Assembly: GCA_038213805.1 (NCBI GenBank)
Contig: JBBQSO010000007.1
Span: 32,001-96,000, forward strand
Direction of reading: 5' to 3'
Length of the DNA: 64,000 nt
From: Planctomycetota bacterium
Lineage (GTDB): Bacteria > Planctomycetota > UBA11346
In this document: positions 45,862-55,435 of the stretch, piece by piece
Layout of the letters: each line of letters begins with the position of its first letter
How positions within the stretch are numbered: position 1 is the first letter of the stretch
Notes under the pieces: generated by a model
Database searches by the model: none
The model's input: only the letters and a program-made list of their open reading frames with translations
What the model was told of the DNA's origin: nothing
Translations under genes and position numbers: made by a program

Positions 45862-48800
45862 CTACCAATTGTAATACCGCGCCGGCTCATCGCCCAGGGC
45901 CCAGTCCTTGCGGTGATCGGGGTGGTACATGGTCGCTTCGGGCGTTTTGGTTCCCTCGTGCGCGCTGAACACGCGCTCGTCGAGCGTGAACGCGGCGCCC
46001 AGGTCGGCGAGCACCTGGGCCAGAGCGCGGGTCGAGCGCCAACGGCTGAAGCGGAGATAGGTGCGCTTGTCGGCCTCGAAGCGGTCGGGATCGATCTGGC
46101 AGAAGACCATCGAGCCCTTGCCCACGATCCGCCGCCCGATGAGTCCATCGGCACCCAGGTCGGCGCCATCCGCGATCACCCAGGCCGGAGATTCGACGCG
46201 CACGCGCAGGTCCGACGCGCTCAGACCACGGCATTCCGGCCACGCCGGCGGCTGCAGCGATCCGAGGTGGTCGTCGCGCCTGACGAGGTGCACACCGAAG
46301 CCGGCGTCCGCCTGCGCCCGGGGCAGCACCAGCACATGGCCGCCCTGGGCGGCGAAGGCTTCGAGCGCAGCAGCGTCGACCTGCGCATCGGCGCCGACCA
46401 CCGCCAATCCGCCAGCCGGTAGGGCCGCCGCACGCTGGTAGGTGACGCCAACCTCATCGAGCAGCGCCGCCCCGCGGTCCCCACCCAGGTAGGTCGCGGC
46501 GACCCGCGGCGCCAGCGGCGCGGTGCGCGCGTATTCGAAGAGCTGCCGCGCCAGGCGCGCCGCGGCCGGGTCGGTGGCGGCGTGGTCCTCCAGATCGAGC
46601 TGGCACCATAGCGCACGACCCCTGCCGCAATCGAGCTCCATCAGCGGACTGTAGGCGAGATCAAATTCGCATTCGAGGATCGGCCGCCAGCCGCTGCGAT
46701 GCGGCTTCTCGGGCGCGCCGGTCGCGACTGTACCGCGCAGTCCCCAGCGCCAGCCGTTGGCGGGCAGTCCCGTCTCGACTGCCAGGGCGACGTCCGGACC
46801 GCTGCCGTCGACGTAGTCGGGCCTGGCCTCCACCAGCGTGCCCTGACCGGACCAGTCGCGCAGGTCCTCGGCGTCGAGACCGGCCAGAGCCGGGTGACCG
46901 GGGTCGGTGGGGTAGACCCGGCGGGACGCCTTGTAGGACATACGCAGCCCGCGCTGGTCCCGCGCGTGCTGCGGATCCTGGGCCTGGATGATGGCGCGTC
47001 CCCCCGCGCGGACGAACGCCGCCAGGTCGCCGGGCAGCGGCACGGCGGCGGTGAACGCGCCACGGCCGATGACCAGCAGGCGGTTCGGGTCTGCGGCGCC
47101 CTTCCACGGCACCGCACGGTAGCCGAGCTGCTTGAGCAGCGCGCCGGTGCGCCCGGTCGGGTCGTGGACCAGCACCTCGCCGGTGACCGCAGCGAGCGGA
47201 GCGAACACGCGCAAAGCGAAGCGGTCGCGATGCTGGGCTTCGCCAATGCTCGCCTCGACCGTGATCTCGCCGTCCGCCTTGCCATCCGCGACCGTGGCGG
47301 GCAGCGTGAAGGCGAACGGTGCGAATACCGTCTCGGCGATGGCGAGCGTGCCGGAGGCGCGGCCGGTGGCCACCTCGCGTCCTCCGACCGCGGCGCGCCA
47401 GGTCAGCGACCAGGCCTGTTGCGCGCGGCTGTCATTGAGCAGCGCCACGCGCTTGGCGACGCGGGCACCAGCGGTGAAGGAATGGTCCTTGGCGGTAAAC
47501 GCCGCGCGGTCGCCCTCGCTCGCTGCGCCGCAGATCCACGCCAGGGTCGGCGCGTTCGCGACCTGCATCGCAGTCCCGGCGCGGGTGACCTTGCCGTCGA
47601 GCTCGTAGTAGCCGTCATCCCACGGTATCATGCCACCCGTGATCCCCATCGTGCGCCAGCTGCGCCAGGTGTTGGTGATGAAGCGATCCTGCACCGCAAG
47701 GAAGGACGGCATGCGGAAGAAGTCCCGGTTCATGTGCATCCACCCGTAGGTCTGGTCCTGCTTGAAGGAGTCGTGGATCACCTTGCGGTAGGCCCCGGTC
47801 TCTTTGCGGTAGGCCTCGGCGCCGAGTTCGCTGGCGAGGAACTCGGTGAGCAGCGGCTCGCTGGTGGCCGCGAGGACGAAGCCTTTGCGACCACGCATGT
47901 AGTCGAACGACACCGGGGTGCCGAATTCAACGTACATCAGCGGCATGTCCCCCTTCTGCACGTACGTCGACAGCCATTCCTCGCGCTCCTGGAGCGGAAT
48001 GGCGACCAGGTAGTTGTTGATGGTGTAGATGTCGCCATTTGCACCGCCGTTGTGGATGAAAACTGGGCGGGTCGGATCGAGTTCGTGGATGGCGTCGATG
48101 CCGGCCTTGGCGCGGGCGGTGACGGCGACATGATCGTTGTCCTTGTTCCTGGCGTCCTCGGCGCGCGCGGCGTCGCGCTGGCCGACGTTCGCCGGGTTCA
48201 TCGACCCGCCGGACATGTTGCCGCTGGTCCCCCACATCACGATCGAGGGGTGGTTGCGCGCGCGCCGCATCAGTCGCGCGCACGCGTCGTGGAACAGCGC
48301 GACGCGGTCGGGACTCATCATGTTGGTGCCGTGCCAGCCCATGTGCGGGGTGACGCCGTTGACCGGCAGCCCGGCCTCATCGGCGATCGGATAGTTGGCC
48401 TCGAACCCTGGACTGCTGCGGTACCAGGGGTCGTCCGGCCAGAGTTCGCAGAAGTTGTGACCGCGGGCGAGCGCTTCGCGGGCGAGTTCCGGGGTCTTGA
48501 GCTGGCGCACGATCGGACGCATGCGCCATTCGCTGCCGTTCAGCATGAACTTACGGCCATCCACCCAGCATTCGCGGAAGCCGAAGCGCTGCGGATAGGC
48601 GTCGACGATGCCGGCGCCGCGCGCGCCGATGGTGGCGACATACAGGTTCGGCTGGCCGACATCCCAGCGCTTGGCGTTCGCCCATGGCCAAGCCACGCTC
48701 ACCGTCTGCCGCTCCGCCACCTTGGCTGCGACCGTGGCGCTGAAGCGTTTCGCCACGACACCATCGGCCCCCGTGATAACGGTCTCGATCGCGACGTCCC

Positions 48801-49518
48801 CCGCTTGGGTGACGTCGGCGAGTTCGAGATCGAACGCGAGTTCGTCGCGACGCACACTGGTGCGCACGAAAGCGTCCTCGATGCGCGGGCCCTTAGGACG
48901 GGACAGCAGGCGCACCGTGCCGGTGAGGCCACCCGTCTGCAGTTCTGCCTTGGCCACGGAATTCTGCCCGGGCAGGTCGCCCATCAGCACCATCACCTCG
49001 GCCTTGTCCAGGGTGGCGATGACGTGCAGGCGCAGGCGTTGCGTGGTGCCCGGCCTGATCACGGACGTGAGGTCCACGCTGCCCTCTGGCCAGGCGACCG
49101 TGCCGCACCGCACCTGATCGACGAAGACGGTGGCGTCGGTGCTGACCCGCGCCAGGTCGAGCAGGATCGCACGCCCCTGCCACTCGGCGGGCACCGTGAT
49201 CTCGCGCTCGTACCAGGCGCTGCGCAAGGCATCGCGATCGTATGTCTTCCAGTGCTCCCCCTCGCCACGCGCCACGACGCTGCGCTCGTCGCGCCACGAC
49301 GCCGGCACCGAAATCCAACCCCATCCCTGGGCAGGCGCCTCCTTCTCCGCGGGCGCGAAGTGCCAGACGCCGTCCAACGCCATCTCACCGCGCAGGGGCG
49401 ACGTGGCCACGGCCTTGGCATCGCTCCAGCGCGGCGCACCGGCGGGAGGAGCATCCTGCGCGGCGGCGCTGGCGACGAAGACGAGGGTGGTAAGGGCCAG
49501 ATGGCTGATCGCGCGCAT
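45862..49518 (-). CDS. Secreted GH2-like glycoside hydrolase (1218 aa)
   Basis: LDGVWHF, ISVPASW, WYEREITVP, WDVGQPNLY, FGFRECWVDG, RNHPSIVMW and MYVEFG. Confidence 0.82.
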   Translation of the reverse strand: MRAISHLALTTLVFVASAAAQDAPPAGAPRWSDAKAVATSPLRGEMALDGVWHFAPAEKEAPAQGWGWISVPASWRDERSVVARGEGEHWKTYDRDALRSAWYEREITVPAEWQGRAILLDLARVSTDATVFVDQVRCGTVAWPEGSVDLTSVIRPGTTQRLRLHVIATLDKAEVMVLMGDLPGQNSVAKAELQTGGLTGTVRLLSRPKGPRIEDAFVRTSVRRDELAFDLELADVTQAGDVAIETVITGADGVVAKRFSATVAAKVAERQTVSVAWPWANAKRWDVGQPNLYVATIGARGAGIVDAYPQRFGFRECWVDGRKFMLNGSEWRMRPIVRQLKTPELAREALARGHNFCELWPDDPWYRSSPGFEANYPIADEAGLPVNGVTPHMGWHGTNMMSPDRVALFHDACARLMRRARNHPSIVMWGTSGNMSGGSMNPANVGQRDAARAEDARNKDNDHVAVTARAKAGIDAIHELDPTRPVFIHNGGANGDIYTINNYLVAIPLQEREEWLSTYVQKGDMPLMYVEFGTPVSFDYMRGRKGFVLAATSEPLLTEFLASELGAEAYRKETGAYRKVIHDSFKQDQTYGWMHMNRDFFRMPSFLAVQDRFITNTWRSWRTMGITGGMIPWDDGYYELDGKVTRAGTAMQVANAPTLAWICGAASEGDRAAFTAKDHSFTAGARVAKRVALLNDSRAQQAWSLTWRAAVGGREVATGRASGTLAIAETVFAPFAFTLPATVADGKADGEITVEASIGEAQHRDRFALRVFAPLAAVTGEVLVHDPTGRTGALLKQLGYRAVPWKGAADPNRLLVIGRGAFTAAVPLPGDLAAFVRAGGRAIIQAQDPQHARDQRGLRMSYKASRRVYPTDPGHPALAGLDAEDLRDWSGQGTLVEARPDYVDGSGPDVALAVETGLPANGWRWGLRGTVATGAPEKPHRSGWRPILECEFDLAYSPLMELDCGRGRALWCQLDLEDHAATDPAAARLARQLFEYARTAPLAPRVAATYLGGDRGAALLDEVGVTYQRAAALPAGGLAVVGADAQVDAAALEAFAAQGGHVLVLPRAQADAGFGVHLVRRDDHLGSLQPPAWPECRGLSASDLRVRVESPAWVIADGADLGADGLIGRRIVGKGSMVFCQIDPDRFEADKRTYLRFSRWRSTRALAQVLADLGAAFTLDERVFSAHEGTKTPEATMYHPDHRKDWALGDEPARYYNW

Positions 49519-49808
49519 GGCAGGCTCCGATTAGTCGCTCGCTGTCCATTGCGCCGGTTGGCCGATGAGGTGACCGCAATGATTCGAGGTTCACCCGGCC
49601 GTCTCACACGCGGCGCGACCGTTCACCCCGCCACGGGCCGACCGCGCACGGGCCCCGCGTGAGACGTACAGGTGGCTCCGCCACTTCGTCGTCACATCGC
49701 GCATGCTCGGCGCTTAGCGAGGCACTACGCCACCATGACACCCACCGGGGCAATGCACCGGATCATGGATGCTCCGGAACCGGGGGCGCGCGCCAACGCG
49801 CTCGTGCA

Positions 49809-52064
49809 TCAGGGCGTCAGCACGACGTACAGCACGTCCGGCGGCAGGGTGACGATCAGCTTGCCGCTCTCGCGCTTCACCTGCACGACGGCGGCGGTGG
49901 GGAAGCCAGCGGGGTCGAGCGCCACTGCCTTGGCCAGCCCGCGATTGGCGAGGGTCACGGTGGCATCAGCCTTGACCACCTGCCACGGCTTGTGACCGAC
50001 GTTGACGATCTCCTCCTTGTCGTGGCCGAGATCCTTGGTCTCCCAACCGGTCGGTTTGGCGATCGAACCGTACTGGATCAGCACCTGCCGCGAAGTCGTC
50101 AGCGGCTGGTCGTCCATCGCCACGACGTTGATCACCGCGTAGCGGTTGCCGCTGGCGATGACCGCGTCGGTCAAGGCGAAGCTGCCGCCGGCCTCTTTGA
50201 GGAAACCGCAGACGCCCTTGGTCTTGGGGGCATCGACCAGGCACACCCCGCGACCGTAGTCCATGGTCACCTCGCCGGTCGCGCTGGTGACGATCTTCTT
50301 CGCCGCGTCGATGTGCGCCTTGAGATCCGGCGCGACCACCGTCTTGGCCGGGTCGGCGCCGTACTCGACCTCGACGGGGCCGACCAGGAACGCGAGCGGA
50401 TCGACGCCACCGGTCAGCTTATTCCTTTCGGCCTGCGCCTGTGCCTCTCCGCCCTCGCGGCGGTTCGGATCGAACTCGGCGTCCTCGGCGATCATGGGGT
50501 ATTCGCGCTGGAAGACGCTCTGCAGCGAGCGCGCCTCGTGCACCACTGGCTTGGCCTTCTTGATGTAGCCGCCGCGCAGGGCGATCGCATTTGCGGGGAA
50601 GGCGCCCAGCATGCCTGGGATCATGCAGCTCCACTTGAAAGGCGGGTGCTGGTCGTGTGCGGTGATGTACGGCATGTTGATCGCGAGGTCGTCATCGTAC
50701 GCGACCGTGGTCTGGCAGAACCAGCAGAATGCGTCGACCCCCGTCAGCGACTGGTAGGCCGCCATCAGGAACGGGCCTTCGGCCTGGTAGCGGTTGGGGC
50801 TGACCCACGACGATTCGGTGATGATCATCGCCTTGCCGGCGACCTGCTTGAGGTTGGTGGGCAGCCCGCGCAGGTCGCGCAAGCCGGTCTCGTTGGCGAT
50901 GGTGTGGCCCGGATCGATGCGCCAGCCGTTGTTCTCGCCCTCGTGCCGGCTGCCGTAGTACTTATTGACCGCGATGACCTCGTCGCCGGTGTAGCTCCAG
51001 CGCTCGACATCGCTCAGGCGCAGGGGATCAGCGGTGATCCAGTTGCTCGAATTGACCACCTGTTTGCAGCCCAGCGAGCGGTAGTGCGCGTGGAGGTCCT
51101 GGTAGTAGTCGTGCTGCGTGCGCGCCATGAACTCGACCTGGTCGGCGGCGCGGTTGGCCTTGCCGGTGGGCGCGGTGTTGATCGTGTAGGTCGCCAGCAG
51201 GCCGACGGTGCCGTTGGCGAGGTCGTCCCCCTCCGCCTTCTCGCCGCCCCATGCCGCCAGCGCCTTGTCCAGGCTGCCGTGCTTGGTCACCAGCCACGCG
51301 GCGAACTGCTTGGCGAACAGGCGCTTCTGCGGCTCCTTCATGGTCCCGAAGGTCCAGAACAGCAGACTGTCCTCGTTCTGCGTCTCGATGACGGCCACCG
51401 CGGGGTCGTCGGCCAGACGCATGCCGGAATAAGGGTTCTTGTCGCCGAACAATTTCGCCGTCCAGGCCTTGATCGCCTTTCGGAACGTCGGATTGAAGAA
51501 TCCGACGCTCCAGCTCTCCGCGTCGCCGGCGTACCCCTCGATGCCGTGCGAGGCCTTCAGCGTCATCTTCCAGAAGGGGCAGATGATGACGTAGATGCCC
51601 TGCTTCTTCAGGGCCGCCTCGGTGCGCCACAGGTTGTCGATGGCCTTGGCGTCGGGCACGTCCAGGGCGCCATCCTTGGGCGCCAGCTCGACGAACAGGC
51701 GTGCCAGGTTCACCCCCATCTTGGCGAGATTGCGCGCCGAGCGGTCGAAGTCGGCGGGATTCTCGAAGTCGGACTTGGCGTTGATCGCCCAGAAGCGCAG
51801 CGGCTTGCCGGCGCCGTCCAGGAAATCACCGTCGGCCGAGACCGTGACGAAGCCCTTCTCGCCGGCCACTGATTCATTGAGGTGGCGCAGATCAAGCAGC
51901 GCGCCCTCGCGCTGGCCATCGGCGGGATAATTGAACGCCCAGGTCTGGTCGCCGCCGAAGACATACGTGCCGGCGTCGGCCGCCTGGCAGGTGCTGAAGC
52001 CCATCAGGGCCGGCACCAGGACGGTCAGCGCGGCGGCGGTGAGGCGGATCAGGGTGGTCGTCAT
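49809..52064 (-). CDS. Secreted clan GH-A (GH5/GH42-like) glycoside hydrolase
   Basis: Signal peptide; PLRFWAIN, AKMGVNLAR, NPYSGMRLADDPAV, TQNEDSL acid/base and IITESSW nucleophile. Confidence 0.75.
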   Translation of the reverse strand: MTTTLIRLTAAALTVLVPALMGFSTCQAADAGTYVFGGDQTWAFNYPADGQREGALLDLRHLNESVAGEKGFVTVSADGDFLDGAGKPLRFWAINAKSDFENPADFDRSARNLAKMGVNLARLFVELAPKDGALDVPDAKAIDNLWRTEAALKKQGIYVIICPFWKMTLKASHGIEGYAGDAESWSVGFFNPTFRKAIKAWTAKLFGDKNPYSGMRLADDPAVAVIETQNEDSLLFWTFGTMKEPQKRLFAKQFAAWLVTKHGSLDKALAAWGGEKAEGDDLANGTVGLLATYTINTAPTGKANRAADQVEFMARTQHDYYQDLHAHYRSLGCKQVVNSSNWITADPLRLSDVERWSYTGDEVIAVNKYYGSRHEGENNGWRIDPGHTIANETGLRDLRGLPTNLKQVAGKAMIITESSWVSPNRYQAEGPFLMAAYQSLTGVDAFCWFCQTTVAYDDDLAINMPYITAHDQHPPFKWSCMIPGMLGAFPANAIALRGGYIKKAKPVVHEARSLQSVFQREYPMIAEDAEFDPNRREGGEAQAQAERNKLTGGVDPLAFLVGPVEVEYGADPAKTVVAPDLKAHIDAAKKIVTSATGEVTMDYGRGVCLVDAPKTKGVCGFLKEAGGSFALTDAVIASGNRYAVINVVAMDDQPLTTSRQVLIQYGSIAKPTGWETKDLGHDKEEIVNVGHKPWQVVKADATVTLANRGLAKAVALDPAGFPTAAVVQVKRESGKLIVTLPPDVLYVVLTP

Positions 52065-52094
52065 GGACAGGCTCCGTTTTTCTGGAAAGTTTCA

Positions 52095-52112
52095 TGCTAT
52101 ACCGGTATAGCT
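52095..52112. promoter_or_regulatory. 18-bp palindromic operator TGCTATACCGGTATAGCT
   Basis: Perfect 16-bp core palindrome 31 bp upstream of ATG 52064. Confidence 0.8.
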
Positions 52113-52166
52113 TCGTGACGTTGGCACCTGTTCTGCGGGGCATGCTGTTGCTCGCCCAGGACAGCC

Positions 52167-52184
52167 TGCTATACCGGTGCAGCA
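52167..52184. promoter_or_regulatory. Second operator copy TGCTATACCGGTGCAGCA
   Basis: 72 bp from the 52095 copy, in the same divergent intergenic region. Confidence 0.7.
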
Positions 52185-52327
52185 TTGGAGGGCGGACGGC
52201 CCGGTCCAGCGCGCGCAAGACCCCGGCGCAGATGCTGTGGCATATGCATGTGGAAGGTTCCCCATCCCCTCCAGGTGGCGCACAACGGGGCGCATGCGCA
52301 CCCCCCGCCAAAGCAGGAAAGCCCGTG

Positions 52328-54355
52328 ATGAGTCGATGCCCGAGAGCAAGATCCAGAGTCGAGTACGATGGCGCATGGAGCATTCCACCGTGGCCGCCGC
52401 GCTTGTGGAGGTCGACGCAGCTCATCTGGATCCTGCTCCTCGTCACGCTCGCCACTCAATCGTCGGCGGTCGAGGTCACCACCCTCGCGGACAGCGGCCC
52501 CGGCAGCCTGCGCAACGCCTGCACGGCGAAAAGCGTCATCCTGGGACCTGCGCTGGCGGGCAAGACCATCGTGCTCGCTTCGCGCATCGCCCTGACCGGC
52601 GACGTGGTCATAGACGCCACCGCGGCGCCGGGCGTGATCATCAGCGGCGGCGGCACGAGCCGGATGTTCTTCATCCCGATGAAGGCGAAGGTGGTCTTCG
52701 CGGGGCTGACCTTCACCGCCGGTTCCGCCGTCGATCCCGACAAGCACAAGGGCATCAACAGCAGCGGCGGCGCGATCTACGGCGACATGTTCTGCGACCT
52801 GACCCTGGTGCGCTGCGTCTTCCGCGCAAACCTGGCGAAGGTGCCCGAGGGCGGCGGCGCCGCGGTGTTCATGAGCTACCACAGCAAGCTGTCCGTCCTG
52901 GACTGCGTTTTCGAAGACAACGACGCGACCGGCTGCGGCGGCGAGCGCGGCGGCACCGTCACCCTGGCCACCGATACCACCTCGATCTTCCGCTCCACGC
53001 AGTTCCGCGGCAACAAGGGCTTCACAGGAGGCATCAACAACCTGCTCGGGACGATGACGGTCGAGGACTGCGTGTTCGAAGACAACGACGGCCACGATGT
53101 CGGCGGGGCGATCTACTCCGACGGCGCCAGCGAGAAGATCGATGACGACAAGGGCGGCGTGTTGACCATCGCGCGCACGCGTTTCGTCAACAACCGCTCT
53201 CCGGGCCTGGGCGGCGCCTGCTATCTGTTCATGTACCGCCTTGACCGCCTGCTGGTCGACCACTGCCTCTTCGACGGTAACAGCGGCGGTCACGGTGGTG
53301 GTTTCGCGAGCGGCAACGGCATCATCGAGATTGCGGACAGCGTCTTCCTGCACAACACCGCCACCTATGGCGGCGCCTTCTGGACCTCGGCCTCGACCGT
53401 CGTCGGATCCGCACCGCTGACGGTGCGCAACTGCCTGTTCGTGGAGAATGACGCGAAGAACGGCCTCGGCGGTGGCGTCTCGACCGAGACCACCGATCTG
53501 GTCCGCCTCGAGCGCTGTACCTTCTGGAAGAACACCGGGCGCGGCGGCGCCGTGCAGTTGTGGAAGCCGGGCACGTCATCGATCCTGGGCTGCATCTTCG
53601 CCGAGAACGCCTCCCCCGTCTGGACCGGCACCGCACCCGTCGCGACAGGGGCCAATGTGGTGTGGCCTGCCGATGACGCGATTCCGCAGAGCGACGCCGT
53701 GGTCCGCGCCGATCCGTTGCTGGAGGCGCTCGCGCCCGCCGACGACCGCTTGCCCGCAGCCGTCCCGCGCTCGCCCGGCATGGCCGGCAAGGTCGGTGCG
53801 ACGGGCGTCACGCTCAGCGGCGGCGGGAAGAAGGGCCACAAGAGGGTGGCTGCGACAAAAGTCAGACCCGGCGGGCCGCCGAAGCTTGCAGCGTCCGCGA
53901 AGGCGCCAGATCCCATCCAACTGGAATCCGCCGCGCTGGCCAAGGCCATCGCCGCCGCACCAGACGCGCCAGCACGCGCAGCGGCCGCCACGACGCTGCG
54001 TGGCAATCTGGTCGGGGCTGGCCGCGGCGCGAGCGGACCACTCACCGATTTCGGGCAGATCACCATCCACGGCGGTGACGAGGTCAGCCTGCGCTTCACC
54101 ACGCCGGCCGGCAGCGAGCAGGCGCTGCCCTGGAAACTCGTCGACGACACCGCGCTGCTCGCCCTCGCCAGGCCCAGCCTGGGCGCGGCGCCCCCCGCGA
54201 TCCGCGTCGCCTGGATCGCGCTGGCGTGTCACGTCGGCCGTCCGCTGCCCGAGATCCGCACCGAGCTGGAGCGCCTGAAAGCGGTGGATGCGGACGCGTT
54301 CAAGCGTCTCGATGCGCTCGTCGCGGGCGCCAAGGCTGCGGTGCCGGCGCCATAG
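52328..54355 (+). CDS. Secreted beta-helix protein with Pmp-like GGA(I/F/V) repeats, Lys/Pro linker and helical C-terminal domain; start uncertain (52328 or TTG 52403)
   Basis: VTTLADSGPGSLRNA N-terminal motif; repeated FxxN..GGA(I/V/F/C). Confidence 0.75.
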   Translation: MSRCPRARSRVEYDGAWSIPPWPPRLWRSTQLIWILLLVTLATQSSAVEVTTLADSGPGSLRNACTAKSVILGPALAGKTIVLASRIALTGDVVIDATAAPGVIISGGGTSRMFFIPMKAKVVFAGLTFTAGSAVDPDKHKGINSSGGAIYGDMFCDLTLVRCVFRANLAKVPEGGGAAVFMSYHSKLSVLDCVFEDNDATGCGGERGGTVTLATDTTSIFRSTQFRGNKGFTGGINNLLGTMTVEDCVFEDNDGHDVGGAIYSDGASEKIDDDKGGVLTIARTRFVNNRSPGLGGACYLFMYRLDRLLVDHCLFDGNSGGHGGGFASGNGIIEIADSVFLHNTATYGGAFWTSASTVVGSAPLTVRNCLFVENDAKNGLGGGVSTETTDLVRLERCTFWKNTGRGGAVQLWKPGTSSILGCIFAENASPVWTGTAPVATGANVVWPADDAIPQSDAVVRADPLLEALAPADDRLPAAVPRSPGMAGKVGATGVTLSGGGKKGHKRVAATKVRPGGPPKLAASAKAPDPIQLESAALAKAIAAAPDAPARAAAATTLRGNLVGAGRGASGPLTDFGQITIHGGDEVSLRFTTPAGSEQALPWKLVDDTALLALARPSLGAAPPAIRVAWIALACHVGRPLPEIRTELERLKAVDADAFKRLDALVAGAKAAVPAP

Positions 54356-54468
54356 CATCCGGTCGCCACGCCCGGCGCGATGCGGATCGCGGACGACCAG
54401 CCGGTTACCTACCGGCTCTGCTGATTTCCCGATGCACTGAGCCGCGCCTGGGCGCGACGTCTACTCGT

Positions 54469-54735
54469 TCACGTCGCCGCCTGCCGCTTCGCGGGCAGGA
54501 ACGCGGACAGTTCGCCCACGGGCCCACGCGTGCGCCTCGTGGCTCCCTTGACGTTCGGAGCGCGACGGCGCTGTGACTCGGGAAGCTCGCCGTGCTGTTC
54601 GAGAAATTCGCGTGCGGCCGCTGCAGAGACCAGCTCGCGGTGGATCAGATCGACGGTGACGAATGGCGACCGTCTGGGCACGGGTACGGACTCCTGGTGG
54701 GTCGGGGCGCAGGCGGGCCTGAGCATCAGGGCCAA
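54469..54735 (-). CDS. Possible small hypothetical protein
   Basis: Overlaps the stop of the PAS gene on the same strand; no family recognised. Confidence 0.3.
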   Translation of the reverse strand: MALMLRPACAPTHQESVPVPRRSPFVTVDLIHRELVSAAAAREFLEQHGELPESQRRRAPNVKGATRRTRGPVGELSAFLPAKRQAAT

Positions 54736-55259
54736 CGGGACACGACGCCGGGAGGCGCGGGGCTGGACAGTCCGGTGGCGATGATACAGGTCCCCTCCAC
54801 ATGCCCCCGGCCGCTGCGGATCGGACTGAAATGGTAGGTGACCGGCCTGGGCGGATAGGGGATCCGGAACGCCGCCGGCATGTGCCGGTCATCCACCTGC
54901 ACTGCCCGGCCATCCGTCATCACGGTCAGGAACGCGTCCTTCAACAGGTGCCACGTGTCGGCGTAGATGGTGCGCGCGCGCTGTCCCTGCAGGGCCGCCG
55001 ACTGCGGTCCCAGCAGCGGTTGATAGGCGTCGTTATGCAGAACGGTGAGTTCGCGCTGCCAGCAGATGGCCATCGGGACGTGGCTCTCCAGGCACACCTC
55101 CAGTACCGCATGCAGGCGCGGGGACCACGTCGCCGGGACGCCCATGGCGGTCATCGACCAATCCAGGTGCTCCAGGCGATGGCCGGCCTGTCCACCATGG
55201 GCGAACCACGGCTGGAAGATTGCGGCGGCCAGCTTGGGGAGGTCGGTGGCACGGTGCAT
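54726..55259 (-). CDS. Stand-alone PAS-like domain protein (N-terminal module of soluble histidine kinases)
   Basis: DWSMTAMG..W..L...L..CLES..PMAICW..EL..LHNDAY..LLG...YHFSPIR matches the DWSxTPLG PAS module; no kinase domain follows. Confidence 0.7.
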   Translation of the reverse strand: MHRATDLPKLAAAIFQPWFAHGGQAGHRLEHLDWSMTAMGVPATWSPRLHAVLEVCLESHVPMAICWQRELTVLHNDAYQPLLGPQSAALQGQRARTIYADTWHLLKDAFLTVMTDGRAVQVDDRHMPAAFRIPYPPRPVTYHFSPIRSGRGHVEGTCIIATGLSSPAPPGVVSRWP

Positions 55260-55309
55260 GGGCGGGGATCCGCAGGTTTCGCAGCGCCGTCCGAATCAGG
55301 ACGGGCACT

Positions 55310-55327
55310 TGCTATACCGGTGTAGCA
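55310..55327. promoter_or_regulatory. 18-bp palindromic operator TGCTATACCGGTGTAGCA
   Basis: 51 bp upstream of ATG 55259; near-perfect palindrome. Confidence 0.75.
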
Positions 55328-55435
55328 TGCAGGCGATGGCGGCATTGTACAGCGTGGCCTGCGGGCAGATCTGGGCGTGTCTGCAGCGGCCTGTTCGGCG
55401 CCGGCCGGGCATCAATCGGGATCGTGATCCGCGTT

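Noticed and set aside
46699..49662. Long ORFs on the strand opposite real genes (e.g. 46699-49662, 49659-51872, 55220-57550, 15010-16575, 29124-30890, 7665-9422)
   Set aside because: These are antisense shadows of well-supported genes, expected in high-GC DNA, and show no family motifs.
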